Source of the DNA: a virus | Lineage: Duplodnaviria > Caudoviricetes | Length of the DNA: 64,000 nt | IMG/VR virus record: IMGVR_UViG_3300028048_000004 | Location: 6,958-70,957 of that record | Direction: 5' to 3' (one strand) | Shown here: piece by piece, positions 6,963 through 15,494 of the stretch | Layout: every line of letters starts with the position of its first letter | Position numbering within the stretch: the first letter of the stretch is position 1 | Notes under the pieces: model-generated | What the model saw: only the letters and a program-made list of their open reading frames with translations | Database searches by the model: none | Told to the model about the DNA's origin: nothing | Program-made: the position numbers and the translations under genes

Positions 6963-7197
6963 CTAAAATTCTTTTAACAACCTGTTCTGCACGATTTTTA
7001 CCAATACCTTTGACAGACAATAAAATCTCCATAAGATGTTCCTCTGTCAAAGATGCTACGCAATCCTGTGTAGCGTACCTTACACCATCGTCATAAATCG
7101 AACCGCATAAATCCATCAACCAGTGATTAAAACCGTTTACAGACAATTTATGCACCTTTTTATAAGTAGCAAAGTCTATAGGTTTTGCTCTACTCAT
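6931..7197 (-). CDS. Hypothetical protein with a helix-hairpin-helix motif
   Basis: LLSVKGIGKNRAEQV. Confidence 0.55.
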   Translation of the reverse strand: MSRAKPIDFATYKKVHKLSVNGFNHWLMDLCGSIYDDGVRYATQDCVASLTEEHLMEILLSVKGIGKNRAEQVVKRILDEGITYGIKT

Positions 7198-7201
7198 GAT
7201 T

Positions 7202-7837
7202 TCACCCCACTATATCGGCAACATATGGTAATCCACGTAAAATCTCCACAAAGTCTCTCCACTCATCCAACTTATGTCCAGTACGCTCTTTTATAATCTT
7301 GAACACTGTTTCATAAGACATACAAACTGTTCTTCGCTGATTGTAAGAGGATGGAAGTAACTGAATTAACTGCCACCAGTATTCTTTATTCTTTGTACTC
7401 AAATATTGATTCCTATACTGATTCATCAAATTTATAACACCATTAAGAATAATAATAGATGTCCCTTTTATTAAATGCTCATGACTAAAATCGTCTAATT
7501 CAAATTCTTTGGCGGCAATCTTATGCATAGTAGAACATGATACCTGTGATTTACCTACAGTATAACGATCCATTTCTTTCCACCAGTATAACGGCGCTGT
7601 AATATCCATTGATACTTGTATCATTCTAGCATATGTCCTATGCTCTGTTCCTGCTTTATATAATCTTCTCATGAGATTTAAATCATTTTCTCCAATTCTT
7701 GCTTGGATTTCTGGGCTTCCGTTTGCACCTGTCACAACAAAAATACTATCACTTTTATCCCAACTATTCATAGGATTGCGAAGTCCTCGGATTGCTCCTT
7801 CAAAATTAGATACTTCAACGTGTTCCACTCTTATCAT
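7202..7837 (-). CDS. ThyX-like (Thy1 fold) protein
   Basis: AIRGLRNPMNSWDKSDS, HRTYARMIQVSMDITAPLYWWKEMDRY, LLPSSYNQRR; canonical RHRxxS motif not present. Confidence 0.6.
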   Translation of the reverse strand: MIRVEHVEVSNFEGAIRGLRNPMNSWDKSDSIFVVTGANGSPEIQARIGENDLNLMRRLYKAGTEHRTYARMIQVSMDITAPLYWWKEMDRYTVGKSQVSCSTMHKIAAKEFELDDFSHEHLIKGTSIIILNGVINLMNQYRNQYLSTKNKEYWWQLIQLLPSSYNQRRTVCMSYETVFKIIKERTGHKLDEWRDFVEILRGLPYVADIVG

Positions 7838-8369
7838 ACTTCTTCACCTCAAATCTTCCATATTGATTACCAATAAATTTTTGCAGACCGTTTTCAAATG
7901 AATGTAATGTATTATCACTATAAGTACACCACTCTAAATTCTCCGCCCTGTTATCATTTTTAATACCATTCTTATGATTAACACACGGTAAATCATTTGG
8001 GTTTGGAATAAAGCACTTTGCTATAACTCTATGTGACTGCTCTGTACTATTATCACCTGTGTTTATCCATAAATAATCATTGTTATCTGTTCTTTGTTTC
8101 ATTATTTTACAATTACGAATAGTAATAAACTGTCCTGTTGAAAAAACTAATATTCCCTTATACAATACGGCATCATCTAATTTCAAATTATTAATTTTGC
8201 AACATTCTTTTATCTTTTGAATTTTTCTATAACTTAATTCCAAAATAGCATCAAATTCTGTTGCAACTGTTATATAAGGTTTTGAATGTAACTCATATCC
8301 ATATTTGTTCTTATGATAACCTTTATTTTGATAATGATTAAATAGATATTTTAACAACTCTAATTCCAT
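7815..8369 (-). CDS. Free-standing HNH homing endonuclease
   Basis: HRVIAKCFIPNPNDLPCVNHKNGIKNDNRAENLEWCT. Confidence 0.9.
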   Translation of the reverse strand: MELELLKYLFNHYQNKGYHKNKYGYELHSKPYITVATEFDAILELSYRKIQKIKECCKINNLKLDDAVLYKGILVFSTGQFITIRNCKIMKQRTDNNDYLWINTGDNSTEQSHRVIAKCFIPNPNDLPCVNHKNGIKNDNRAENLEWCTYSDNTLHSFENGLQKFIGNQYGRFEVKKYDKSGTR

Positions 8370-8422
8370 GCCACGAATAGCATGTTTAAATTCCCATACA
8401 TCTATTTTTCTACTTTAATCAT
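8367..8422 (-). pseudogene. Frameshifted remnant of the original thyX-like 5' end
   Basis: ATG overlapping the mazG stop reads MIKVEK*; the shifted frame reads IDVWEFKHAIRGM, homologous to MIRVEHVEVSNFEGAIRGL of 7202-7837. Confidence 0.8.
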
Positions 8423-8751
8423 ATATCTCCTTTCTTTCTATGCAAACTATGTTCTGCATCAAATCCTTCTGGATATCTAGCCAGCAACTTATCAATATTC
8501 ATCTGCATTATATCTTCTAACTTCCAATTAAAAGCAGTACAATATTCGGCTATAAACCAAAGTAAGTCTCCCAACTCTTTTTGTGCATGAACTTTATCCC
8601 ATTTATGTCCTTGATATAATTTCTGATAAATACCGTGTAATTCACCAATTTCAGAAATCATACCGTGTAAGGCATGAAATTCCTTTTCTTGCACATTAAA
8701 TTCATCTGGTATCGTTCGACTTGCTAATGCTTGATATTCATTTCCTGTCAC
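8419..8751 (-). CDS. mazG: MazG-like nucleotide pyrophosphohydrolase
   Basis: ISEIGEL...KELGDLLWFIA...NIDKLLARYP. Confidence 0.85.
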   Translation of the reverse strand: MTGNEYQALASRTIPDEFNVQEKEFHALHGMISEIGELHGIYQKLYQGHKWDKVHAQKELGDLLWFIAEYCTAFNWKLEDIMQMNIDKLLARYPEGFDAEHSLHRKKGDI

Positions 8752-9278
8752 TTACCACTACCTCCGATTCTTGTTAATTCATATTCTGCCATTCTACGTG
8801 ATAATACTTTTTTACAGCTTGATAAAAGTTCCTGTGCGTTTTCTACCTTTGCTTTCATAGTTTTATAGGCTCTTGTATAAGACGATGAAATTATGTATTC
8901 TTCCTGACTTGCTAATTCTGCAAGCGAATCTTTATCTGCCACAGTTCCTTTTTCCTGACTTGCTCTAGCAGTATGATACATTTCTTTATATACTGCTTTT
9001 GCTATATCATCACGAATGCCTAACTGTTCACACATTCCACCAGCAAAATAAATATATGTGGAAAGATTAAGACAAAAATCATCAAGTTCATCTGTTGTTG
9101 GCGGATTCTCTCCATCTTTAAGACAGTCCTTAATAAACAGCACATACTTATCTAATGATGATACGTATGGAGATATGATTGAACTAACAATATCATCAAT
9201 TATTAAAGAATTTTTTTCTACATTCTCCCTAATACTGTTTATATTATCCATATTTAATTCATCAAGTGACATTTTCAT
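8748..9278 (-). CDS. Helical protein, possibly a UvsY-like recombination mediator
   Basis: Start at MKMSLD; C-terminal coiled coil GTVADKDSLAE...KAKVENAQELLSSCKKVL; located between recU and recA. Confidence 0.45.
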   Translation of the reverse strand: MKMSLDELNMDNINSIRENVEKNSLIIDDIVSSIISPYVSSLDKYVLFIKDCLKDGENPPTTDELDDFCLNLSTYIYFAGGMCEQLGIRDDIAKAVYKEMYHTARASQEKGTVADKDSLAELASQEEYIISSSYTRAYKTMKAKVENAQELLSSCKKVLSRRMAEYELTRIGGSGK

Positions 9279-9807
9279 TTTTACGCTTTTCCTCCCATCT
9301 ACGCTTTTGACTTTCAGACATTTTTCGTTTAGTCTCCTCCGAAGCAGGGCCGTACACTCTATTTCTCGCCTCCTTTTTACCATCACTTATTAACTTTTTA
9401 CGTTTAACCCAATTTTTCTTAACGCCATCTATTCTATGTGCTGTTGCATTATTATAATGATTATTGTAATAGTAAGAACACCACTCTAAATTATTTATGG
9501 AATTATTTGAAGGATTTTCATCTTTGTGATTAACACACGGTAAATTATCTGGATTTGGAATAAATGCTTCGGCTACTAAACGATGCACAAGTTTAAATTT
9601 ACTATCTACACCTTTTTGTAATCGAACTCTATAATAACCATTTCCTTGATTTACAGGTGTTAAAATTTTCTCACTGACTGGATATTTGTTATATCCATGA
9701 CTGCGATTTTTTCTAATTATAGTTCGTCTACAACTTTTTACATTACCTAAATTACTTACTTGATACAAGCCCTCATATCCAATAACATCTTTCCAAACTT
9801 CTTGCAT
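9262..9807 (-). CDS. NUMOD4-HNH homing endonuclease
   Basis: WKDVIGYEGLYQVSNLGNVKS (NUMOD4); VHRLVAEAFIPNPDNLPCVNHKDENPSNNSINNLEWC. Confidence 0.9.
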   Translation of the reverse strand: MQEVWKDVIGYEGLYQVSNLGNVKSCRRTIIRKNRSHGYNKYPVSEKILTPVNQGNGYYRVRLQKGVDSKFKLVHRLVAEAFIPNPDNLPCVNHKDENPSNNSINNLEWCSYYYNNHYNNATAHRIDGVKKNWVKRKKLISDGKKEARNRVYGPASEETKRKMSESQKRRWEEKRKNENVT

Positions 9808-9927
9808 AATAACCTCCTAAAATATAAAAACGCTTGTGGAGTGTATGGGTCGAGCATACACTTTTAGACCACAAGCGATTTTAACACTTTTAGAATTTGT
9901 TGTAAGTCTCGACCTCTTACAGAGGTT
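9808..9927 (-). ncRNA. Structured kissing-loop leader RNA, copy 2
   Basis: GTAAG-aGGTCGAGa-CTTAC and CGCTTGTGG..GTGTATG-CTCGACC-CATACAC..CCACAAGCG-TTTTT; homologous to 3748-3868 with compensatory changes. Confidence 0.7.
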
Positions 9928-9956
9928 ATTATACTATATTATTTAAAATGTGTAAA
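9928..9956 (-). promoter_or_regulatory. Sigma70-type promoter of the NUMOD4-HNH cassette
   Basis: TTTACA-17-TATAAT, overlapping the recU 3' end. Confidence 0.8.
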
Positions 9957-10445
9957 GAACTCTTCCATCCAATAATCAAAAAACACTCGTTTCTTTTTCC
10001 CCAATATTTTTATTGTTTCTATTTCTAACTCACCAGATGGGTAATACCCTAAAAACTGATTTTCATAGTCAAATCTTATACTCTTCTTACCCTCCAGTCT
10101 CTCTGCTTCTAAAATCTGTATAGGAATGAATAGTGTTGTATCTCTCTGCGTCCACCAACATATTACTCCTGCAAACACGCCTTCTATCTGAGACTTTTCC
10201 AACAACCCTTTCCACTGTGTATCTGTAATATTACTGAATGGTAATCTATTACCATGAACAGATTTACACTCGATATAATACTCATACGGTTCTTTATACA
10301 CAATGAAGTCGCAGATGTTCTGACTTCCTTTAAATCCGGTTGTTTGATCATGTAATCTGTCTATAGATACACCGGGAACTTTTTCAAAACATTGTCGCAC
10401 CACATCTTCAAATTGTTTTCCTCTATTTATACTCATACACATCAC
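9939..10445 (-). CDS. recU: RecU-like Holliday junction resolvase
   Basis: NRGKQFE...SQNICDFIVY...YIECKS...FSNITDTQWKGL. Confidence 0.8.
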   Translation of the reverse strand: MMCMSINRGKQFEDVVRQCFEKVPGVSIDRLHDQTTGFKGSQNICDFIVYKEPYEYYIECKSVHGNRLPFSNITDTQWKGLLEKSQIEGVFAGVICWWTQRDTTLFIPIQILEAERLEGKKSIRFDYENQFLGYYPSGELEIETIKILGKKKRVFFDYWMEEFFTHFK

Positions 10446-10681
10446 CCATGCAAATCACTATTAAGAATTGTCAAGATATCTTGTATCGGCACCTGTATAA
10501 TAAATCCATTATCTCCCTTACACTCCAACTGCATATATCCACCATCATTTTGCAACTCACAGCGAAGCGGTTTTGCCCCATCTGTTTTTGGATCAACCAA
10601 TAACGCTATTGATATCATATTAACCATCCTTTTTGCACTGTGTTTTATACATACAGTAAGAACACGCTTTTTTGCTGACAT
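10442..10681 (-). CDS. Hypothetical protein
   Basis: ORF coupled to recU; true start probably internal. Confidence 0.45.
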   Translation of the reverse strand: MSAKKRVLTVCIKHSAKRMVNMISIALLVDPKTDGAKPLRCELQNDGGYMQLECKGDNGFIIQVPIQDILTILNSDLHG

Positions 10682-11411
10682 CTTCTGGCTTCGGCGGTGC
10701 TACATGTCTACTTACATATCCATCACACTCCTCGATGTACCCAATCAAATCCTGCTTCATTTCCCCAGTCACAGTAAACATAAAAGATTTCATATCCAAC
10801 ACATCTCGACTAATGTACACAAAGAGTACCTGATCTATACCAAATGCAAGAGAATATGCCGTTGCCTGGTGATAATGTGATGGATCAACATCTTTTCGAT
10901 TTGCAAACTTAAAACTTCCTTCTGTTTTCAATTCCAAGATATAGTAATGATTGTGATACTTTATTATACCATCACACATAAAAGACATGTTTAATTTTTT
11001 ATGATACAGCTTTGTTTCCATACCACTTTTTGATACGATAGTTAAATCATCCAGACTGCGCTGTCTAACAAATTCCGCAACGTCAATATACTCACAGTCC
11101 ATGCCATTGTCTTTCATCTGCTCAACTGCTGTCTGAATACGAACGTGAATATCGGTCCCGCTGTTACAAATTCCAACGAGTGCATAGCTAGAACTTGCTT
11201 CATCTGGTTGAATACCCGATATCTGATAATAACTTGCCCGAATGCAATTCATCCCGGACGGTTTATACGTTTTTGATGGCAATCCACTACTCTTATCAGC
11301 AGTCATTTCGATTGATCTTTTCAAGTCATTTAAAAAATCCTGCTCTACAGGCAAAGTTTCTTTTACTGTATTAATCAGTCTACATACATTTTTTAGACTA
11401 CTTCTTGACAT
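10620..11411 (-). CDS. Cas4/RecB-like PD-(D/E)XK exonuclease
   Basis: KPSGMNCIRASYY; GTDIHVRIQ; CDGII...LELKT; HYHQATAY; C-terminal CSYCMYKTQC. Confidence 0.8.
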   Translation of the reverse strand: MSRSSLKNVCRLINTVKETLPVEQDFLNDLKRSIEMTADKSSGLPSKTYKPSGMNCIRASYYQISGIQPDEASSSYALVGICNSGTDIHVRIQTAVEQMKDNGMDCEYIDVAEFVRQRSLDDLTIVSKSGMETKLYHKKLNMSFMCDGIIKYHNHYYILELKTEGSFKFANRKDVDPSHYHQATAYSLAFGIDQVLFVYISRDVLDMKSFMFTVTGEMKQDLIGYIEECDGYVSRHVAPPKPEDVSKKACSYCMYKTQCKKDG

Positions 11412-11560
11412 CTACTATTTCCTCCACATATCCAAGTTCAATCCACTTCTTAGGCACCGTCTTGTCGTACTGTGTACTGACAAACTTACTACAAATTCGA
11501 GGAACGGTTTTCCCCAACTCTGTGATTACAAATCTACATCCATCTTTCGCTCTTGCATAC

Positions 11561-11758
11561 TCAACCATAGAACACACTCCTTATAATCGCAGGAACACAC
11601 AACACAAATCCAAATATCGTAGTAAAAACTGTTTTAATAATTGGATACTCCTGACCAATTTCTGCCATATAATCCACATGTCCAACTGCACCAATTATAA
11701 TGAACACACCAACCCACGCTAAAATAGTTACTCCAAGATTTAAAACTTTTCGTTTCAT
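11561..11758 (-). CDS. Small two-TM membrane protein
   Basis: Two hydrophobic stretches; own promoter and AGGAGG RBS. Confidence 0.55.
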   Translation of the reverse strand: MKRKVLNLGVTILAWVGVFIIIGAVGHVDYMAEIGQEYPIIKTVFTTIFGFVLCVPAIIRSVFYG

Positions 11759-11790
11759 AGTTATCTCCTCCTATGTTGTACTACTCTAAT

Positions 11791-11819
11791 ATTATACAAC
11801 ACAAAAACAGAACTGTCAA
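11791..11819 (-). promoter_or_regulatory. Promoter with overlapping inverted repeat
   Basis: TTGACA-17-TATAAT; TGTTGTA/TACAACA inverted repeat at 11774-11801. Confidence 0.7.
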
Positions 11820-11820
11820 T

Positions 11821-11860
11821 ACAAAACACGGCACTAACTAAAACCTAGTCAGTGCCGCGT
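11821..11860 (-). terminator. Intrinsic terminator after dnaN
   Basis: GGCACTGACTAG-loop-TTAGTTAGTGCC hairpin followed by GTGTTTTGT. Confidence 0.65.
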
Positions 11861-11872
11861 CCATCAAATTAC

Positions 11873-12973
11873 TCAGTTATCCATTCTATCATCCTCAAGT
11901 AATGCTACAACAATTTTGATGTTTCCATCAACCAATTTTATTGCATTATCTCCGCCATAATAAATCTCAATCACATCATTCTGAATTGCTTTAATTTCCT
12001 GCATAAGCATCTGAATATCTATAGCACAAGTAAAATCTCTAAAATTAGTGCTCGATACATAATTAATAATTTCTACGCCGCTCGCCGCTTTAGAAGAAAC
12101 TTGTAATCCATTTTGCGTAAAAGTAAGGTGGATTGCATTTTTGTCGTATGTACCAACAAACAGTGAGAGTCTATCCAAAAGCTGAAGAATAGCATTTTTT
12201 GACACGGAACAAAAACTATCAAACTTGGAATCTACTAATCCCATAATAGCCTCAATTGCATAATCATCGAGGCCTTCCATGAACTTGCCATACACGATAC
12301 AATCTGGGGTACTACACACAATGTCTGTATCGGTCATGTACACTGTAATTTTCTCATCGGTTATGACAGCAAGTAAATCCATAAACTCAGCGCTGACTAA
12401 TCTCGGATTGGTAAACAACGGTACATCCATGCTTGCAATTTTATAAGTATCTGTGGCAACTACATGATCTCCAACATAATACCCAGTATAACACGGATTT
12501 TCCAATGTTACAGCAAGTGCGGGTTTAATTGTATCCAAAATAACTTGTACAGTAGACCGGTTAATAGTTTTTTGAGTCCACGTATGTAAATCTGCCTTAG
12601 TGAGTGGATCGGGATATTTAATCGGTTCTCCGTCTTCATCTAACGGCAACTCAATCTTATAAGCTCCGTTTCCTTTCACATTAAGCACCCAAACACCAGA
12701 TGCTACTTCCAAGGTGACATTCTCACTTGTCATTTTGGAAATGAGTTTTGAAAAAACATTCGCATCAACAACTACATAAAAATCATCTGCTACAACTTTA
12801 TCCTCGACTACATATAAATAGTTTGTGGCATCTGTAGTAATGAGTGTGAATTTATTATCTTTCACTTCAATTGCCATAAGACTGGTTAAGGGAATGAGTT
12901 TATTATTACCAACACCCTTAATTGCCTTAGACACCATCTCTTTCAGCTTCTCTGTTTTCATTGTCAGTTTCAT
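11873..12973 (-). CDS. dnaN: DNA polymerase III beta-like sliding clamp
   Basis: About 366 aa from MKLTMK; N-terminal pattern like the beta clamp (KLIPLTSLMAIEVKDNKFTLITTD); three-domain length. Confidence 0.75.
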   Translation of the reverse strand: MKLTMKTEKLKEMVSKAIKGVGNNKLIPLTSLMAIEVKDNKFTLITTDATNYLYVVEDKVVADDFYVVVDANVFSKLISKMTSENVTLEVASGVWVLNVKGNGAYKIELPLDEDGEPIKYPDPLTKADLHTWTQKTINRSTVQVILDTIKPALAVTLENPCYTGYYVGDHVVATDTYKIASMDVPLFTNPRLVSAEFMDLLAVITDEKITVYMTDTDIVCSTPDCIVYGKFMEGLDDYAIEAIMGLVDSKFDSFCSVSKNAILQLLDRLSLFVGTYDKNAIHLTFTQNGLQVSSKAASGVEIINYVSSTNFRDFTCAIDIQMLMQEIKAIQNDVIEIYYGGDNAIKLVDGNIKIVVALLEDDRMDN

Positions 12974-13200
12974 TTCTTTTTCCTCCTTAAATCTATAGTA
13001 GGTACAGTGACCGTATCTCTCCAATTTTTAGCAAAGTAACTCTGCTGATACTCTTGCACAACCATACCAGTCATGGTTATATACTGAACATAATCATGCT
13101 TATTTACATGTTTAATTCCTACCCGCTCCATATTTTTGTGAGCGACTAACCTGTCCAGTCTACGAGTATGAACTGGCGTTGATACTCTTAATTGCTTCAT
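12970..13200 (-). CDS. Hypothetical protein
   Basis: ATGA-coupled to dnaN. Confidence 0.55.
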   Translation of the reverse strand: MKQLRVSTPVHTRRLDRLVAHKNMERVGIKHVNKHDYVQYITMTGMVVQEYQQSYFAKNWRDTVTVPTIDLRRKKK

Positions 13201-13210
13201 TCCTCTCCTC

Positions 13211-13801
13211 CTAAGAAATAATAGATATTTTATAACCCAACTGCTCTTCGATATCCTTAACTGTTAGCGTAACAGGTTTCTCCAAAAGGGATTTTTTAGT
13301 TTGCCTTACTTTCGGCATTATAATAGTTTTAAAATCGTTCTTTCGTAGCGCTATCTTCTTAGGCGTAACTAAAAAATTATTGATATTAAAAGATCTATCA
13401 ATCTTTGTTTTTACATAAAGGTCGATTTGATCTGTAGAGTATAATCTCAACAACTTCAATCCCTTTCGTTCCCCGGATAAAATAGGTGCTATATCCTTAT
13501 AAGAAGCTAGCTTCATCTTAACTAACTTTGTCATCATCGTAGATTCTTGATAAACATACCAGGAATCGTATTTATCACTGCTGAACTCGGTCATATCGAA
13601 ATATTGACCTATACGAGTTCCAGGATGAAACTCTAAGACTTTAACATCACCGACTGTTGCACGAAGATACAATTCATAATTGCACGTATACTCATCAAAC
13701 ACACTTTCTAACCATCTGGCATATTCTCTTACAGTTACAAGGGGAGGGCTTATTGCCCTGTCCCCGCTTGTAAAGACGAACGTTGTTAGTTTATCCTTCA
13801 T
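13211..13801 (-). CDS. Hypothetical protein
   Basis: 196-aa ORF in the operon; ends in the TVKDIEEQLGYKISI motif seen in other phage proteins. Confidence 0.6.
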   Translation of the reverse strand: MKDKLTTFVFTSGDRAISPPLVTVREYARWLESVFDEYTCNYELYLRATVGDVKVLEFHPGTRIGQYFDMTEFSSDKYDSWYVYQESTMMTKLVKMKLASYKDIAPILSGERKGLKLLRLYSTDQIDLYVKTKIDRSFNINNFLVTPKKIALRKNDFKTIIMPKVRQTKKSLLEKPVTLTVKDIEEQLGYKISIIS

Positions 13802-13803
13802 AA

Positions 13804-14475
13804 CTATTTATCCTCCACAGTTCTAGTAAAGAAATAAAAAAATGGAGTGTCCAAAAGTGCAATAATTAACTTAACAAGCCATTGTCCAAAAATCATCGCT
13901 CCAAGCATAGGCCGCATTGCGCTATCAAATAACCATCTAAAACCTAATCCAAAAGCAATCCCAGCATACAGAACGCTATCAATTAGCTGACTTGAAATTG
14001 TACCAACATTATTCCAGATCCAACGCCCGCCATTTCTACTACCATGTTTAGCAATGTATGCATTTCGAATTTTGTGAAAAATATATACATCCCAGCTCTG
14101 GGAGACCCAAAACGCTACTAAACTAGCAACTACAAATATCCAATTTTGCCCGAGAAGCATAATATAACTAGTTTGCATTGAACTATCAACCGCCGGTAAG
14201 TATCTTGCCGCTATTATAAAAACAGTTGAAACCATCTGACAAATAAACCCGCCTACAACTGCTGTTTGCGCTTCGGCCTTGCCCCAAATTTCTCCAATAA
14301 TATCAGTGATAAGAAAGGTAAATGGATAACATATTGCGCCAACTGTCAGTGTGATAGGATTTCCAAAAATGCTCAATCCCGTATTAAACACTTTTGATGC
14401 AATAGCATTTGCAGTTACAAGCATTACTCCGAAAATCATATAGAGCAGATAAAGATTTTTTTGTGTTTTTCTCAT
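13804..14475 (-). CDS. yhhQ: Queuosine-precursor (preQ0/preQ1) transporter, YhhQ/VUT family
   Basis: ANAIASK...GAICYPFTFLITDIIGEIWG...ASLVAFWVSQSWDV...RN-equivalent WNNVGTISSQLIDS...DTPFFY. Confidence 0.9.
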   Translation of the reverse strand: MRKTQKNLYLLYMIFGVMLVTANAIASKVFNTGLSIFGNPITLTVGAICYPFTFLITDIIGEIWGKAEAQTAVVGGFICQMVSTVFIIAARYLPAVDSSMQTSYIMLLGQNWIFVVASLVAFWVSQSWDVYIFHKIRNAYIAKHGSRNGGRWIWNNVGTISSQLIDSVLYAGIAFGLGFRWLFDSAMRPMLGAMIFGQWLVKLIIALLDTPFFYFFTRTVEDK

Positions 14476-14588
14476 TACAAATAATTCTCTCCTTCATTTG
14501 ATTAGTTGGTAAGGATAAACAACTATCCTCATTTTTAATTGGTAGGACTAAACAATATTATCTTTAAATCATATATATCACCACCTCC

Positions 14589-15494
14589 TTAAAATAATCT
14601 ATTTGAGACAAAACTTTTTGGGCCTTTATATTGATAATTTTTTGCCCATTCAAGCATTGTATCAATATTAAATTTTAACCTTGCTTTATAATCAGTTGAC
14701 ACTTGCTCTAACGTATACCCAGCCTCTTCGAGTTCCTGTTCTAATCTTTCTATAACATGATCCGGCGCAGCTAAAGCATTTCCTTTGATAAACTTCGACC
14801 TCTCGCTAACCGTAACAATTCCACAAGTCTTTGTGTTAATATTTCCATTTATGCCTAACTGTAACCATGTTGTTGAATCGGCGCTGTAAAAAGGAAATGA
14901 TTCAAGCAATCGTATCACAGTCATGCCAAATGCGTGAACTTTTACCTTAGGATTATTACTTCTCTGAATTGTAGCAAATATTTCGTGGAAATATTGTTTC
15001 TGCAATTCAGTTGACACGCCATGACGTCCGCCTATTCCAATATAATCAGGCAACTTTCCATCAACTTCAGTATTTAATATTCTAAGCAACGCTTCTTTTG
15101 GCTCACCGAAATGATATAATGGAAGCAATGTACACAGTGACGTAACTCTTTCTTTCATATACAAATAATTACGCCAACTGCCTTCGCTGCATTGCTTAGC
15201 AGTAACAGAATTTAATACAGGAAAAGGTATTTCGTCAAGTTCTACAAATATAGGAATGTCAGCATTATTATTTATATAATCGATATACTGATCTATATCT
15301 ACTTTCTTACCTGCATGAGCAACTGAAAAAGCTCCACTATCAACAAATAATTTTGAAGAACAATGAGCATCTTGCCATAATTTAATCCCAGAACGTTCAT
15401 TAACTTGTGAAAATAATCGAAGAGCTTGTTTTTCTTGTAAATATAAATCTATATCTTTTGGCTGTTGTCCTGCAAAGTATAAATTAAATGCCAT
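14589..15494 (-). CDS. dpdA: TGT-fold protein, probable DpdA DNA 7-deazaguanine transglycosylase
   Basis: LFVDSGAFS, ELDEIP, YIGIGG, VHAFG, SADSTTW motifs; adjacent to yhhQ and a queD-like gene. Confidence 0.75.
   Translation of the reverse strand: MAFNLYFAGQQPKDIDLYLQEKQALRLFSQVNERSGIKLWQDAHCSSKLFVDSGAFSVAHAGKKVDIDQYIDYINNNADIPIFVELDEIPFPVLNSVTAKQCSEGSWRNYLYMKERVTSLCTLLPLYHFGEPKEALLRILNTEVDGKLPDYIGIGGRHGVSTELQKQYFHEIFATIQRSNNPKVKVHAFGMTVIRLLESFPFYSADSTTWLQLGINGNINTKTCGIVTVSERSKFIKGNALAAPDHVIERLEQELEEAGYTLEQVSTDYKARLKFNIDTMLEWAKNYQYKGPKSFVSNRLF

Noticed and set aside
9262-9960. Remnant of a displaced gene piece around the NUMOD4-HNH
   Set aside because: Checked frames at both junctions; found no duplicate of the recU end or of the downstream gene start, so it is treated as an intergenic insertion.
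10620-11411. Cas4-like gene as evidence of CRISPR-Cas
   Set aside because: No repeat-spacer array or other cas genes seen; stand-alone Cas4/RecB-like nucleases are routine in phage recombination modules.
14476-14588. Possible preQ1 riboswitch upstream of yhhQ
   Set aside because: No preQ1-I pattern (AGAGGTTCTAG...CCCTC...AAAAAACTA) or class II/III pattern; only an imperfect direct repeat TCCT(T)ACCAA(T/C)TAA and a two-codon ORF.
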